A stretch of DNA of 64,000 nucleotides from Octopus sinensis (GCF_006345805.1 NC_043003.1:10974001-11038000), one strand, 5' to 3'; positions 39,275-53,680 are shown, numbered from the stretch's first letter. Made by a program: numbers and translations. The notes: generated by a model from the letters alone, not told the origin.

Positions 39275-39773
39275 CTAGCAGTATCGCCCGGCGTTGCTTG
39301 GGTTTGTAAGGGAAATAACTATATAAGCATTTTTAGAGAGTTATAGCCAAAAAATAGCAAAAACATGCATTAGAAATGGAAAAAAAATGAGGTAAATTTT
39401 TTTTTAAATCGTTGACTCATCGTAGACATTTTTAGAGAGTTACTTCCCTCATATAATAGCGAAAAAAATGCATTAAAATGGAAAAAAATGATGGTAAATT
39501 TTTTTTTAAATCGTTGACTCATTGTAGACATTTTTAGAGAGTTACTTCCCTCATATAATAGCGAAAAAAATGCATTAAAATGGAAAAAATGATGGTAAAT
39601 TTTTTTTTAAATCGTAGACTCATCATAGACGCACGCTAATACCCAGAAGGACTCGATATGAATCACGACTATAAGATACCCGGTTTTGGTTAAACTGCAC
39701 CGCAAAATGTGGGAGTAGTTAGGAATCTAAATCGTAGGAGACAGACACACAACTTCACTTTTATATATAAAGA
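39275..39773 (-). mobile_element. Non-autonomous Helitron with an internal ~100-bp tandem repeat (about 3 units)
   Basis: Minus strand starts TC(TTTATATATAAAAG), ends in a hairpin plus CTAG, and sits between A and T. Same family as 55029-55426. Confidence 0.8.
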
Positions 39774-40113
39774 TTTACTATGAAATCTGCAGATTCTGCG
39801 TCTTGGATATATATTTAGATTCTTACCTATGAGGATTCTGTACCTGATTACATCATCATCATCATTGTCATCATCATCGTTTAACGTCTGCCTTCCACAC
39901 AGGCATAGGTTGGATGGTTTGACTGATAACTGGTAAGCCGGGGAGGGCTGCAACTGGTTCCAATCTGATTTGGTAAAGTTTCTATGGCTGGATGCCCTTC
40001 CTAATGCCAACCACTCCGAGAGTGCTCTTTTGCTTGCCACTGGCATGGGTGCTATTGACCTGATATCAGTATTGGCCACAACTACAGTCTCACTTGGCTC
40101 AACAGGTTATCAA

Positions 40114-40265
40114 TTCTATATTTAAGAGATGAGGAATTATGTACATTATTTACATTTGATGGCTATTAGACCTCATCTTGTTTGTTGTTATATGCCCATG
40201 GGCATAGTGGTTAAGGATGCAAGGTACTAACCTCAAGATTCCCAGTTCAGTTCCAGGCAGTGGCT

Positions 40266-40337
<72 letters not shown>

Positions 40338-40340
40338 GTA

Positions 40341-40401
<61 letters not shown>

Positions 40402-40462
40402 CAGCAAAAAATACATTAGGAATGAGAACCCAGGTTCGAAATTCCCCAAGACACCTGATGAA
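40114..40462. mobile_element. Rearranged SINE family E copy
   Basis: 3' tail on the minus strand (40114-40190) abuts the head, (TAA)n and body on the plus strand, which end at acacctgatgaa. Confidence 0.75.
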
Positions 40463-41775
40463 ATAGCATCCATGCTAATGCCACATAAGGTGCAACCAAG
40501 CTGGCACCATGTAATAAGGTGTCCATGCTGGTGCCATACGGAAAGCACCCATGCCTACTCATGTAAAAAGTGTAATGTTGGCATCATGTAAAAGGAAACC
40601 TGTCTACTCTGGAATGAGGCTGGTTATTTGGAAGGGCATCCACCCAAAGAAATAATGCCAAAACAGATGACTGGAGTCTGGTGCAGCCTCCTGGCTTGCC
40701 AGCTCCTGTTAAACCCTCAAACCCATGGTAGCAGGGAAGATAGATGTTAGGTGGTGATAATGATGATTATGGTGGTGATGATGATGATGATGATATTAAA
40801 GGTGGCGGCGGTGGTGATGATGAAATGATGATGATTATGATGGTGATGTTTATGATGATGATAGTGGTCGTGGTCGTGGTGATGATGGTGATAATGAAGT
40901 GATGATGATGATGATGTTGGTGTGTTGATGGTGGTGATGACGGTGGTGACAACAATGACTACGACAATGGTGACGATGATGATGACAACGATGACGATTA
41001 TGATGATGATGATGACTATGTCAAGTGGACAATAAAAAAACAAAAATGAAAACTAAAAGAAGTAAAAAAAAGCAGCGAACAAATTTATCTGACAGTCCCA
41101 TACATAGATTTTTGTTTCCCTTCAAAAAAAGAAAACACACACACAAAAAAACCACCCCATCAGAACACTATAAAACCAAGAAATATATATATATATATAT
41201 ATAATATATATAATATATATTTGTTTTATTTTCAATGCTTACTTCTACCACATCATTTTGTAATTTGCTAAGAACACGGCCTTGTTTCATAAACTTTTAA
41301 ACTGAAACCAGTTCAGATTGCTTAAGTACTTTTATTCCTCGTTGCCATTTTACGATAACAAGTGTTGTGATTAGTAAGAATGAGATACCAGTTGTCTGCA
41401 ACTTTTGTGTTTGTCATAAAAATAGCCGCATCTATTAAGCTATGCATTAACTGATAGGATAGAATAGATTGCAGTTCAGTCAGGATCTTGTGTTATTCAC
41501 CTTCTGTTTGTTTCACCCCAGCCAAGCCAGACAGACAGACAGACTTTTTGCTTTGCCTCTGCCATTATTATTAGGATTATTATTGTTGTTGTTGTGGTTG
41601 TTGTTTTTGTTGCTGTTGTTGTTGTCAGCAGCCATGCTCTTCGGCGTCGCCACCATCATATCGTTTTTCTTCCCAATAATAATAATAGCCATAGCAATCA
41701 CTACTGCTGCTGCTGCTGCTCCTGCTGCTGCTACTACTACCACCACCACCACCACCACCATCACTCCGAAGAATA

Positions 41776-41806
<31 letters not shown>

Positions 41807-43258
41807 AAGAAAATGAAGAAGAAAGCAAAGAAAATGAAGAAGAATATGGAGGAGGAGGAGAAGAAGAAGAAGAAGAAGAAGAAGAAGAAGAAGAAGAAGA
41901 AGAAGAAGAAGAAGAGAAGAAGAAGAAAAAGAATATGGAGAAGAAGAAGAAGAGGAACAACAACAACAACAACAACAACAATTTGTTTTGCAATTTTAAT
42001 TCAGAAAAGGCCCAAGAGACGGTCAAAGGTGCAAAGACAGTGGAATGAATGCTCTCTGAGTGAAACTGATAGCCTTTGTATTGCAGCTTAACCTCTAGAT
42101 ATAGCAGCCTGATCTTCCTCGATCTATATTTTTATATCTTGAAGAAGGATACGCTGCTGGGTAGTGTGTTGTCATCATCATCATCAATAACATCACTATC
42201 ATCATCAGGATCAACAGCATTGTCTCCTCCTTCTCTGCTACTTCCTCTTCCCCTTCTTTTTCTTCCTCCTCCTCTTCTTCCTCTTCCCTTCTTCCTCCTC
42301 CCTTCTTCATCCTCCTCCTCCTTCCTCCCCCCTCCTCCCCCTCCTCCTCCTTCACCATTGTCATCTTGGCTGCCATTATTTTGCATCTAATTTTCAAACT
42401 GGTGTATGTGTGCATGTGGGTGTACACATGAGTGTGTATGTGCAAGTGCGTGTCCATGTGTGTGTGTGTGTGTTGGTTAGGTTGTTGTGGATTAGGTCAG
42501 TTCCTATTTGTTGTTACTGTCTTCCTAGACAAGCCAGAGGGCCACGTCTTGGTCATACATTCCATTCTGGGCATGGTCCCTTTCTACAACCACATGCCCT
42601 TCCTTCCTTCCTTCCTTCCTAGCACCAAACCACTTTACTGAATGTACTGAGGGAAGTTCATCTTGGCACCAGCATAGAAGGGTTATCATGTCTTCAGCAA
42701 AGCAAAATAGCCCTTTGTGTCTTATGTGGTTTCTGTTCATTTAAAAACCACTTTGGAGAGTGCATTTTAACCCCTTGCAAAGGGATTTAGTACTGACAGT
42801 CTGTGCTGTGTACCAGTATTAGGCCATGCAGTAACTACATAATTTTGCATACAAGGAACTTTATAGTTTCTTTATAGATTCCACTGTGTGGTGTATTTGA
42901 AAACATGGTGCCACACAGGGTGAAACATCACACTGCTCACACACACACATGAAGTGGTCAGTATCACTTTCTGTTAGCAAGGGGTTAATATGGCACCAGC
43001 ATAGAAAGGTCACCTTGTTCTATGCAAGACTAAAGATGCTGAACCGTTTTACTTTTGTCTTCTTTATTAGTCTTCACAGCAACAAGATCAAGAGGGTGAA
43101 CAAAAAGAAAGAGATGAAAGAAAGAGAACCAGTGTGGGACAGTGAAAAAAGAGATAGTATAAATAAGATGAGGAGAAATAGAGTGAAAGCAATGGGAAGA
43201 GAGACTGTGATATGCAGCTAGATTTTTGTTGTTGATAAGGAGGATGAATTGTCGTAGT

Positions 43259-43473
43259 GGCATTCCGTCGATTATGACGATGAGGGTTCCAGTTGATCTG
43301 ATCAATGGAACAGCCTGCTCATGAAATTAATGTGCAAGTGGCTGAGCACTCCACAAACACATGTACCCTTAACGTAGTTCTAAGAGGGAATCAGCGTGAC
43401 AGAGAGTGTGACAAGGCTGGCCCTTTGAAATACAGGTACAACAGAAACAGGAAGAGTGACAGAAAGTTGTAGT

Positions 43474-43475
<2 letters not shown>
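43259..43475 (-). mobile_element. SINE family D, 5'-truncated
   Basis: Matches 10104-10330 with more substitutions. Confidence 0.8.
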
Positions 43476-43506
<31 letters not shown>

Positions 43507-45682
43507 AGAAGGAGCTTCATTAGTTTTAGTTTTTACTCTAGGCACAAGGCCCCCAATTTTTTTTTTGGGGGGGGGGAAAGTTGATTAGATTGACCACAGT
43601 ATGCAACTGGTACTTAATTTATCAACCCCAAAAGGATGAAAGGCAAAGTCAACCTCAGTGAAATTTGAACTCAGAATCTAAAGATAGACAAAATACCGTT
43701 AAGCATTTTGCCCAGCATGCTAACAATTGTGCCAGCTCGTTAGTTTTAGCGCCACAAAAAAGCATCCACTACATTCTGTAAAGTGGTGGGTGTTAGGAGG
43801 AGAGTCCAGCCATAGGAACTCTATGCCAAAGCAGACGATTGGAGTTGAGAGTAGTCCTCCAACCCATGCCACCACAATAGATGGTTGGTTTATGATGATG
43901 ATGATGATGATGATGAACTTGTTGTTGCTGCTGTCGTTATTGAATATGATGATGATGATGTGGATGATGATAATGATGATGATGGTGGTGGTGATGGGAT
44001 GACAAAGATGATGATGATGGTGATGCGGATGAGGATGATGATGATAATGATAATGATGATGAGGGTGATAATGCTGATGATGAAATTATGATGATGATGA
44101 TGGTGCTGCTGCTGCTGCTGATGATGATGATGATGACGACGATGATGATGATGCTGATGTGGATGATGATGATAATGATGATGGCAATGATGTGGATGAT
44201 GATGATGATAATGATGGCAATGATGATGATGATGGCGATGATGATGCTGACGATGATGATATTTTTGATGATGATTTCGATGATGAAATGATGACGACGA
44301 CGGTGCTGATGAGCTTGCCATTGATGTTGTCAACCAAGTCATATACGTTGCATATCCATTTTGGCAGTAAGTCTGCGAATCTTCTCCAGAACTTATTAAA
44401 GGATTTTTTGCCAAATAAAGAATGACAGTTCTCTGCAAATCTTCTCCCTGGAATCTCAGTTCTGATGCTTCTCGATTATTTGAATATCTATTTTGGCCTC
44501 GTCTGCAGGGTGTGTCAGAGATGACTGGAATAAATTTCTCTCCTGAACATGTCTCAAGGTTTTCTCAATAACCCAAGCAACTCCACAGACATTTCAGTCT
44601 TCAAATTTTTCCTCTTTTTTGGATCTTTTTTTTTTCCTTTTGCTTTGACTTGACTATCGAATCATTGTTGTTATCATCATCATTATCATCACCATCAACA
44701 TCATCATCATCATCATTATCATCATCATCATTATCATCACCATCAACATCATCATCATTGCCATCAACATCATCATCATCAACATCATCATCATTGCCAT
44801 CATCATCATTGTCATCATCATCACCACCATCATGATGATGATCATCATCATCCCCATGCCCATCATCATCCTCATCATCATCAACAGCAACATCATTTCA
44901 TTGTCATCATCCTCATCGTTATCATCAGCATCATCCCCATCACCATCATCATCATCATCGCCATCATTATCATCATCTTCATTGTCATTGTCCCCATCAT
45001 CATCATCGTCATCATGATCATTATCATCAACATCATCATCACCATCATCATCGACATCATCATCATCAACATCACCATCATCACTGTCACCATCAATATC
45101 ATCATCTTCGTTGTCATTCTTGTTGTCATCATTGTCATTATCATCCTCCTCCTCGTTGTGAGATTTAAAAATAATAATTTTCTAATTCTTTAGATCGGTT
45201 CAGATATCTCTGGGACATACTTGACTTCTTAAGATGATGCATTTTGGGATAGAGAAAAATTGTTGCTTTAGGCACAAGGTATTCAAAATACCAAATTTAA
45301 TTCAGAGCCCCCTTCCAGGACTAGTAGATGCAGTTCTAGCTTCTTAGCAGTCTTCAGTACCAGATACCAAGGGAAGCAACTTTTAACCAGAAATTTTATA
45401 CCTAAAATGAAGAATTTTCTCTATGGCAAACTTTAGTGAAAATGTCTCTTTACAGGTCAAATCTGTGTAAAACTTACATGGACTGATCCAAACTCTGTTA
45501 AATTTACAGCATTGCTTTGCATGCCACTCAGATGTTCTTTGAAGCATAAGAGAATAAATATTTCAATATTTTCTGCTTTTGTCACTTCTAATTCTAGCAA
45601 ATGTAGAAATGTTGGTTAACGATTATCTAATTCTTATTTTAGAAAAATTACAAGCACAGCTTTCTTTGAAATTAATGAAGTT

Positions 45683-45715
<33 letters not shown>

Positions 45716-45867
45716 TAATAATAATAATAATATAATAGTAATCATAATGATAATAATAATGATAATAGCAATAATAATATTATTAATAATAGTAAAAAAA
45801 TGATAATAACAATAATAATAATAATTATTATTATTGTTATTATTATTATTGTAGTAATAATAACATT

Positions 45868-45901
<34 letters not shown>

Positions 45902-45941
45902 GTAATAATAATATTATTAATAATAATGATAATAATATTAA

Positions 45942-46015
<74 letters not shown>

Positions 46016-46098
46016 TTAATAAGATAATAATAATAGCAATAATAATAATAATAACAGTAATAATAACAATGATAATGATAATAATAATAATAATAATG

Positions 46099-46140
<42 letters not shown>

Positions 46141-46556
46141 GTAATTCATATAATTGATTAGTTTTACAAAAAATTCAAGATTTCATTTTTTTGTTTTGCA
46201 ACAAGATTTGAAATTTGCAGAAAATCGTAAATGCAAGCAATTCCCTAAATTGATTCCATTCTTTACTTGAAGTTCCTCCATCTTTGACAAATCCTGGCTT
46301 TCTTGGGTTTTTGGGGGTTTTTTTTACTGCTTTTTTCATTTCTTTTTACTAAACTTTATTAAGAAATTTGCTGATTAATTCAGTATCCTTCGTATTAGTT
46401 TTATCAAAATCTGTTATAAAAATTCCGTCCCCTCCCCCACCTTTTTTTTAGGTTTATTTAATATATTTATGACATTTGTACGTGAATGTTGTGAACTTGT
46501 ATGACCTGATGGTTGGGGTGCTTGGCTTGTGATCACCAGGTCAAAGGTTCAATTCT

Positions 46557-47142
46557 TTTATTTCTTTATCGCCCACAAGGGGCTAAACATAGAGGAGACA
46601 AACAAGGACAGACAAAGGGATTAAGTCAATTACATCGACCCCAGTGTATAACTAGTACTTAATTTATCGACCCCGAAAGGATGAACGGCAAAGTCGACCT
46701 CGGCGAAATTTGAACTCAGAATGTAGCGGCAGACGAAATACCTATTTCTTTACTACCCACAAGGGGCTAAACACAGAGAGGACAAACAAGGACAGATACA
46801 TGGATTAGATCGACCCCAGTATGCAAGTGGTACTTAATTTATCGACTCCAAAAGAATGAAAGGCAAAGTCGACCTCAGCGGAATTTGAACTCAGAATGTA
46901 GCGGCAGACGAAATACCTATTTCTTTACTACCCACAAGGGGCTAAACACAGAGAGGACAAACAAGGACAGATACATGGATTAGATCGACCCCAGTATGCA
47001 AGTGGTACTTAATTTATCGACTCCAAAAGAATGAAAGGCAAAGTCGACCTCAGCGGAATTTGAACTCAGAACGTAACAGTAGACAAAATACTGCTAAGCA
47101 TTTCACCCGGCATGCAAACGATTCTGCCAGCTTGTTGTCTTA
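46557..47142 (-). mobile_element. SINE family A trimer (one head, three ~175-183-bp body units)
   Basis: Units start at ~46560, 46743 and 46918; units 2 and 3 are near-identical. Confidence 0.85.
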
Positions 47143-47156
47143 AAGGTTCAATTCAT

Positions 47157-47445
47157 TTATGGGAGTAAAACATGGACGCTTACCAAACATGCAAAGAAGA
47201 GTTTAGCTGGTTGCTATGTAAGGATGCTACAAATGGCCTCAGATGTGAAAAGGCAGCAGGGCATGACCAATAAACAGCTGAATGGAAGCCTTCCAAAAGT
47301 GACCACCAAGATCAGAGGATACTGTCTTCACATATCAGGTCATTGCATGTGGCACCAGAAAGATGAAAAAGCAGCAAAATGTGTGTTCTGGGACCTACAG
47401 CATGGTACCAGTAAACATGGAAGATGTTGTCTGACATTCACCAAC
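47157..47445 (+). pseudogene. RTE/RTE-X-like LINE ORF relic
   Basis: YGSKTWTLTKHAKKSLAGCYVRMLQMA..MTNKQLNGSLPKVTTKIR..GHC..HGTSKHGR; includes ORF 47224-47487. Confidence 0.75.
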
Positions 47446-47899
47446 AACCAAGGTGGTGCCCCAGCATGGCCACAGTCTAATGACTGAAAATATAAAGCTG
47501 AAGGAGGACACAGGGTTGAATTCTATCTATGAACAGAAGAAGGTAATGATGGCTCAAGGTACTTGACAAAATGGCATTATCTTCAAGGATTCGAAGAGGG
47601 CCTGGCAAAACTAAGTCAATTCCTTAACCATCATGTCTTTGAGCAAGACACTTCATTTTATATTCCTTCAGTCTACTCAGCTGTAAATAAGTACCAGACA
47701 CAAACTGGTACTGTTCTCTCTCTCTCCTCTGTTAGTCACACATTGGATGTGTGGTTGTTTTAAAGGTACCAAAACCCAAGAAAGGGTCTACTTCTGCTCA
47801 AAACTACATAGGAACAAAAACAATTAGAAAAGGCTTAGTACCTGTTATTAGCCATATTAACGAGTAACCATTGGCTGTCCTGTAGTACTACGGAAGATT

Positions 47900-47980
47900 G
47901 ACAGACAGTGAGGTTAAGGCTAATCAACCAGATATTGTTGTTGAGGATCACCAGGAAAAAAAATTCCTTCTAATTGATAT
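47900..47980 (+). pseudogene. Small R4/Dong REL-domain fragment
   Basis: TDSEVKANQPDIVVEDHQEKKFLLID aligns with TDRTIKANKPDIVVKD of the 36.6-kb ORF. Confidence 0.6.
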
Positions 47981-48807
47981 TATAATCCTTTAGTCAAATG
48001 AATCGACCACAGGACTTATTCTTTGTAAGCCTACCACTTATTCTACTGGTCTCTTTTGCTGAACCGCTAAATTACGGGGACAGAAACACACGAACATCGG
48101 TTGTCAAGCGATGGTGGGGAGACAAGAGACAAACACAGACACACACACATATATACGACGGGCTTCTTTCAGTTTCCATCTACCACATCCACTCCCAAGG
48201 CTTTTGTCGACCCGAGGCTATAGTAGAAGACACTTGCCCAAGGTGCCACACAGTGGGACTGAACCCAGAACCATGTGTCTGGGAAGCAAGCTTCTTACCA
48301 CACAGCCATGCCTTTGCATATGATAAGGAATTCCTTAAAGGAAGTGTCCTCTACTGTAGCTCCAAGCTGGCCAAAGCTTTGTGAAAAGCTTTAGCTGATG
48401 GAAACTGTGGGGAAGCCCATCATGTGTGTATATATATATGTGTGTGTGTGTGTGTGTACATGTGTCTGCATTTGTGTTTATCCCTTGTCACTGTTTCACA
48501 ACCGATGTTGGTTTGTTTATGTCCGCCATGATTTAGTAGTTTGGCAAACGGAGTTGAGAGAACGAGTATCAAACTTGAGATGAGTGCTGGGGTCGATTTG
48601 CTCGGTTAAAAACCCTTCAAGGCGGTGCTCCAGCATGGTCACAGTCCAATGATTAAAGTAAGTGAAGGACTAAAAAAATAAAGATACAAAATAAAAATAT
48701 CAGCCATAACAATGATGATGATGATGATAATGATGATGGCAATGATGATAATGGAAATGATGATGATGATGGAAATGATGATGATGATGATAGTGATGAT
48801 GGTGGCA

Positions 48808-48839
<32 letters not shown>

Positions 48840-49075
48840 AATGGTTATGACAATGATGAAGATGATGTGGATGACAATGATGGTGACAATAATTATAAAG
48901 GTGATGATGATTAAAAAGAGGATGAGGAAGATAATGATGATGAAGGTGATGAAGATGATGGTGGTGGTAGTGTTGTTGATGATAACGACGATGCCAATTT
49001 CCTTTAATAATAACTACAACAAAAACAATACCAACAACAATAAAATAAAAAAGTAAGAACTATAATATAACCACA

Positions 49076-49145
49076 GGCATATGGCATAGTGGTTAAGAGT
49101 GCAGGCTACTTACCCCAAGATTCCGAGTTCAATTCCAGGTAGTGA

Positions 49146-49198
<53 letters not shown>

Positions 49199-49454
49199 TC
49201 GCTGTGAAAACAGCATCCATTCATGAATTTATTTATTTATTGATTTCTTTTAAATACAAATTTTACCTGTGAATTTGTGTGTGTAATCTGGGAATGCATA
49301 AAATGAGCTTCTCTGCCCTAGGTGTACGGAAAACACTTGGCGAGAAATGGAGGAAAATTGAAGTTTGAAGGAAAAAAAAAATATTAATAATAATAATTCA
49401 ATAATAATTAATGATGATGATGATGATGATGATGATGATGTGATGATGATGATG

Positions 49455-49488
<34 letters not shown>

Positions 49489-49677
49489 TAATAATAAATA
49501 ATAATAATAATAATTAATAACAATAATAACAAAATTGAAAAATTACCTTAGGAATGAGAACCCAGGTTCGAAATTTCCCAATCACCTGATGAAGGCTGGA
49601 GGGTATATCAGTTGAAACATTGTGTTAACAACAAACACAAGATGAGGACAAATATCCATCAAATGTAAATAATGTAA
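49076..49677 (+). mobile_element. SINE family E with an expanded, interrupted (TAA)n and a hammerhead motif (49583-49624)
   Basis: A-box tggcatagtgg, B-box gagttcaattcc, then CAC-CUGAUGA-A-GGCUGG-loop-UCAGUU-GAAA-CAU-U-GUG. Confidence 0.8.
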
Positions 49678-49694
49678 ATAATAATAATAATATC

Positions 49695-49744
<50 letters not shown>

Positions 49745-50249
49745 TAATAATGATAATAATGTATAATATAAGCAGCTGAGCAAACATAACATGTCTATTA
49801 TTCAACCATCTCACCTCTTCAGAGAGAGAGAGAGAGAGATAAGGGAAAGAGAGAGAGAGAAAAAAGGAAAGAGCAAAAATGGCCCAAAACCTAAACCAGT
49901 AGCAGCAGACCTGTATCGTTGCAGTTCCGTAGGGAGAGAGCAAAAGAGTGAAACGAGTGTCTGGGTGATGATTGTAAATGAAAGAATTATTATGCAACTT
50001 TGCAGGAATCGGTTTTAAAAGACTCAAAGAACAACATATTTTGAAAGCCCATCGTAGATTCCAAAGATGGTGCAACGTTTGTAATTTATTCATCCGTTTC
50101 TTTCAGTTCCGAGATCTAATTTCGTCTAAATTCATTTGCAGGTTCCTCCAATTCCAGGATGAATAAAATGTCTCTGCTATTCATGGTATATTCATGTTCC
50201 TTTTTAATCTTGGCCAATTCTGTGTCTCGAAGAGGAAGTTGTTGTTGCG

Positions 50250-52000
50250 TATGTACACGTATGTGTGTGTGCTTGTGTATGAGTGTGTTTGTGTGTGTGT
50301 GTTTGTGTGTGTATAAGTGTTTGTCTATTTCTTGTTAATATGTGAATATTCTTTGTTTGTGTGTATGTGTATGTGTGTGTGTATGTATGTGTATGTGTAC
50401 GTGTGTGTGTATGTATGTGTATGTGTGTGTATCTTTGTGTGTATGAGTGTGTATGTGTGTGTATATATGTGTATGTGTGTGTATGTGTGTGTGTGTATGT
50501 GTGTGTGTATGCGTGTGTATGTGTATGTGTGTGTATAAGTGTTTGTCTATTTCTTGTTAATATGTGAATATTCTTTGTTTGTGTGTATGTGTATGTGTGT
50601 ATGTATGTGTATGTGTGTGTATGTGTGTGTGTATGTGTGTGTATGTGTGTGTATGCTTGTGTGTGTATGAGTGTGTATATGTGTGTGCGTATGTGTATGT
50701 GCGTGTGTATATGCATATATGTATTTGTGTGTGTATGTTTGTGTGTGTATGTGTGTGTGTATGTATGCGTATGTGTATGTGTGTACATGTGTATGAGTAT
50801 GTTTGTCTGTTTCTTCGTAAAATGTGAATATTCTTTGTTTGTGTGTATATTTGTGTGTGTGTGTATATATGTGTGTGTGTGTATGTGTGTATGTGTATGT
50901 ATGTGTGTGTATGTATGCATATGTGTATAAGTGTTTGTTTCTTGGTAATATGTGAATATTCTTAGTTTGTGTGTGTATGTATGTGTATGTGTGTGTATGT
51001 GTGTTTGTGTGTGCATGTGTGTATGTGTGTGTATGTGTATGTTTGAGTGTGCATGTGTATGAGTGTTTGTCTGTTTCTTGGTAATATGTGAATATTCTTC
51101 GTTTGTGTGTGTATGTGTATATGTGTGTGTATGTGTGTATGTTTGTGTGTATGTGTGTATAAGTGTTTGTTTCTTGGTAATATGTGAATATTTTTCGTTT
51201 GTGTGTATGTGTGTGCATGTATGTGTGTGTATGTATGTGTGTGTATGTATGCGTATGTGTATGTGTATGTTTGAGTGTGTATGTGTGTGTGTGCATGTAA
51301 ACGTGTATAAGTATGTATGTCTACTTCTTTGCAATATATAAATATTCTTCGTGTGTGTGTGTGTATATGTGTGCATGTATAAGTGTGTGTGTACCAGTGT
51401 ATGTATGTGTGCCTGTGTATGTGTGTGTGGCTGTGTATGTGCATGTGTGTGTGGCTGTATATGTGCATGTATGTGTGGCTGTGTATGTGCATGTGTGTGT
51501 TTGAACATGTGTGTGTATGTGTGTGTAAGTATGTTTGTCTTTCTTAGGAATATGGGAGTATTGTCAATGTATGTGTGTGTATGTGTGTGTATGTGTGTAT
51601 GTGTGTGTGTGTATATGTGTGTGTATGTGTGTGTATGTGTATAATTATGCATGTCTACTTCTTGGGAATATGAATGTATTGTCAGTGTGTGTATGGCATG
51701 TGTGTGTGTGTGCATGTGTGTGCGTGCGTGTGTGTGTTTCCATGTATATGTGAATAAGTGTGTATGTCTACTACTTGGGAATGAGTGAATATTTTCCGTA
51801 TGTGCGTGTGTTTGTGTGTATGTGTGGGCGTGTGTACCTGTGTGTATGTGTATGTATATGTGTATAAGTATGTGTCTACTACTTGTGAATATGGGAATAT
51901 TGTCAGTGTGTGTGCGTGTATGTGTGTGTGTGCATGTATGTGTGTTTTTATCTGCTTAGGAATATGGGAATATCCTCAGTGTGTGAGTGAATGTGTGTGT
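50250..52000. repeat. Punctuated satellite: ~12 copies of a ~45-bp motif separated by variable (TG)/(TATG) tracts
   Basis: Motif ataagtgtttgtctatttcttgttaatatgtgaatattctttgtttg at ~50313, 50536, 50797, 50927, 51060, 51159, 51307, 51526, 51641, 51754, 51864 and 51945. Confidence 0.85.
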
Positions 52001-52843
52001 GTAAATGTGTATATGTGTATGCATGTATGTGTGAATGCAAGCATATTTTATATATGAGAATGTATGTGTGTGTGTGGGTGTGTATATGTATGAGCATATG
52101 TGAGTGTGCGTATGTGTATATGTGTGTTATGTGTTTGTATGTGTGTATGTGCATGTATGTGTGTGTCTGTAGAACGTGTTTGTGTGTCTGCATGTGTGTA
52201 TGTGTTCATATGTATATAAGTGTGTGTGTGCAGATATATGCGTATGTATATATACGTGTTATGTATGCATGTGTGTGCATGTATGTATATGGCTGTGTGC
52301 ATATGTATGTGTGTATGTGCATATGTGTATGTATGTGTGTATGCAAGCTAATATGCATACGTTTACTTTGTCACATATTAATGAATGTGTATATATATCT
52401 ATGTGTGTGTGTGTGTGTGTGTATGCATGTAAACTAATGTATATGTATGTTTGTATCGTGTGTGTATGTATACGTGTTGTTTTACTTATTCCTCGATGTA
52501 GGTGTGTTATGCCTGTTTAATATGTACAATGTGTTTCTTTAAATGTATATATGTGTATATGTGTGTATATACATGTGTGTGGGGGTTTGTGTGTGTGTGT
52601 GTGTGTGTATTCATATGCATATCTATATGTATCTACATATACAAATATATGTATGTATGTTTGTACAAATGTTTGTATGGGAGTGTGTGCAACTGTACTG
52701 TCTGTATGCATACACACACACGCAACTGCGCACATATGTGCAACAATAATATATGTATACATATACCATAAACACAGATGTTGTATATACTTATATACAG
52801 ATATATGAATATATATATATATATATATAATATATATATATAT

Positions 52844-52880
<37 letters not shown>

Positions 52881-52882
52881 AC

Positions 52883-52914
<32 letters not shown>

Positions 52915-52954
52915 ATATGTATGTATAGACATATATACATACATATTTATATGC

Positions 52955-53007
<53 letters not shown>

Positions 53008-53112
53008 TGTGTGTATTATACATACACACATATATATACATTCATACAGATATATATATATGTATATATATCCATATATACATACATACATACATACATA
53101 CATATAAATACA

Positions 53113-53147
<35 letters not shown>

Positions 53148-53680
53148 TGTCTATCTATATATGTCTGTGTGTGCCTATACACATGTACACACATATACAC
53201 AAACACACACATATCTACACACACAGAGATACACACACACACACATGGATTTACAAAATATATGTGCATCTACATACAGATACACTGCATATGTATATCA
53301 CACATTTATATATATATACATATATATTTGTCTGTGTGTGTATACACCTATGTATGTCAGCCTGTGCAGATCTATATGCTTGTGTGTGTGTGTGTGTACA
53401 TGTTGTACGGTTGGCAAATGAGATTTCCCTAGTATATACGGTACAGTAAAAATTCGAAGACGAATGGATTGTGCAATGATCAATGTTGTGAATGCGCCGT
53501 TTAATGCATTAAGAAAGAGAACACTGCACACTGATTAGGTGTGAAGATTAGATAAGAATCTTCTGGAAGGAAACTTTTTGTCTATTGTCCTCCTTTTCTT
53601 GAGATGATGACGGTGTGTTGGAAGGAAATAAAGGAGACACAGCAAAGATAATCTGCAGTCAAATAACAATGGCAATAAGG

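Noticed and set aside
47998-48384. 128-aa ORF and similar ORFs containing FLQLDALPNANH or EAIVEDTCPR
   Set aside because: Chance frames through SINE and RTE-UTR repeats that recur across the window.
50204-51715. 503-aa His/Thr-rich ORF, and similar ORFs at 12530-14050, 11710-12495 and 20896-21552
   Set aside because: Translations of (CA)/(TG)-type microsatellites that are open in several frames, with no domain content.
50250-52000. CRISPR-like repeat-spacer appearance
   Set aside because: Spacers are variable-length microsatellites, repeats are degenerate, there are no cas genes, and the context is eukaryotic.
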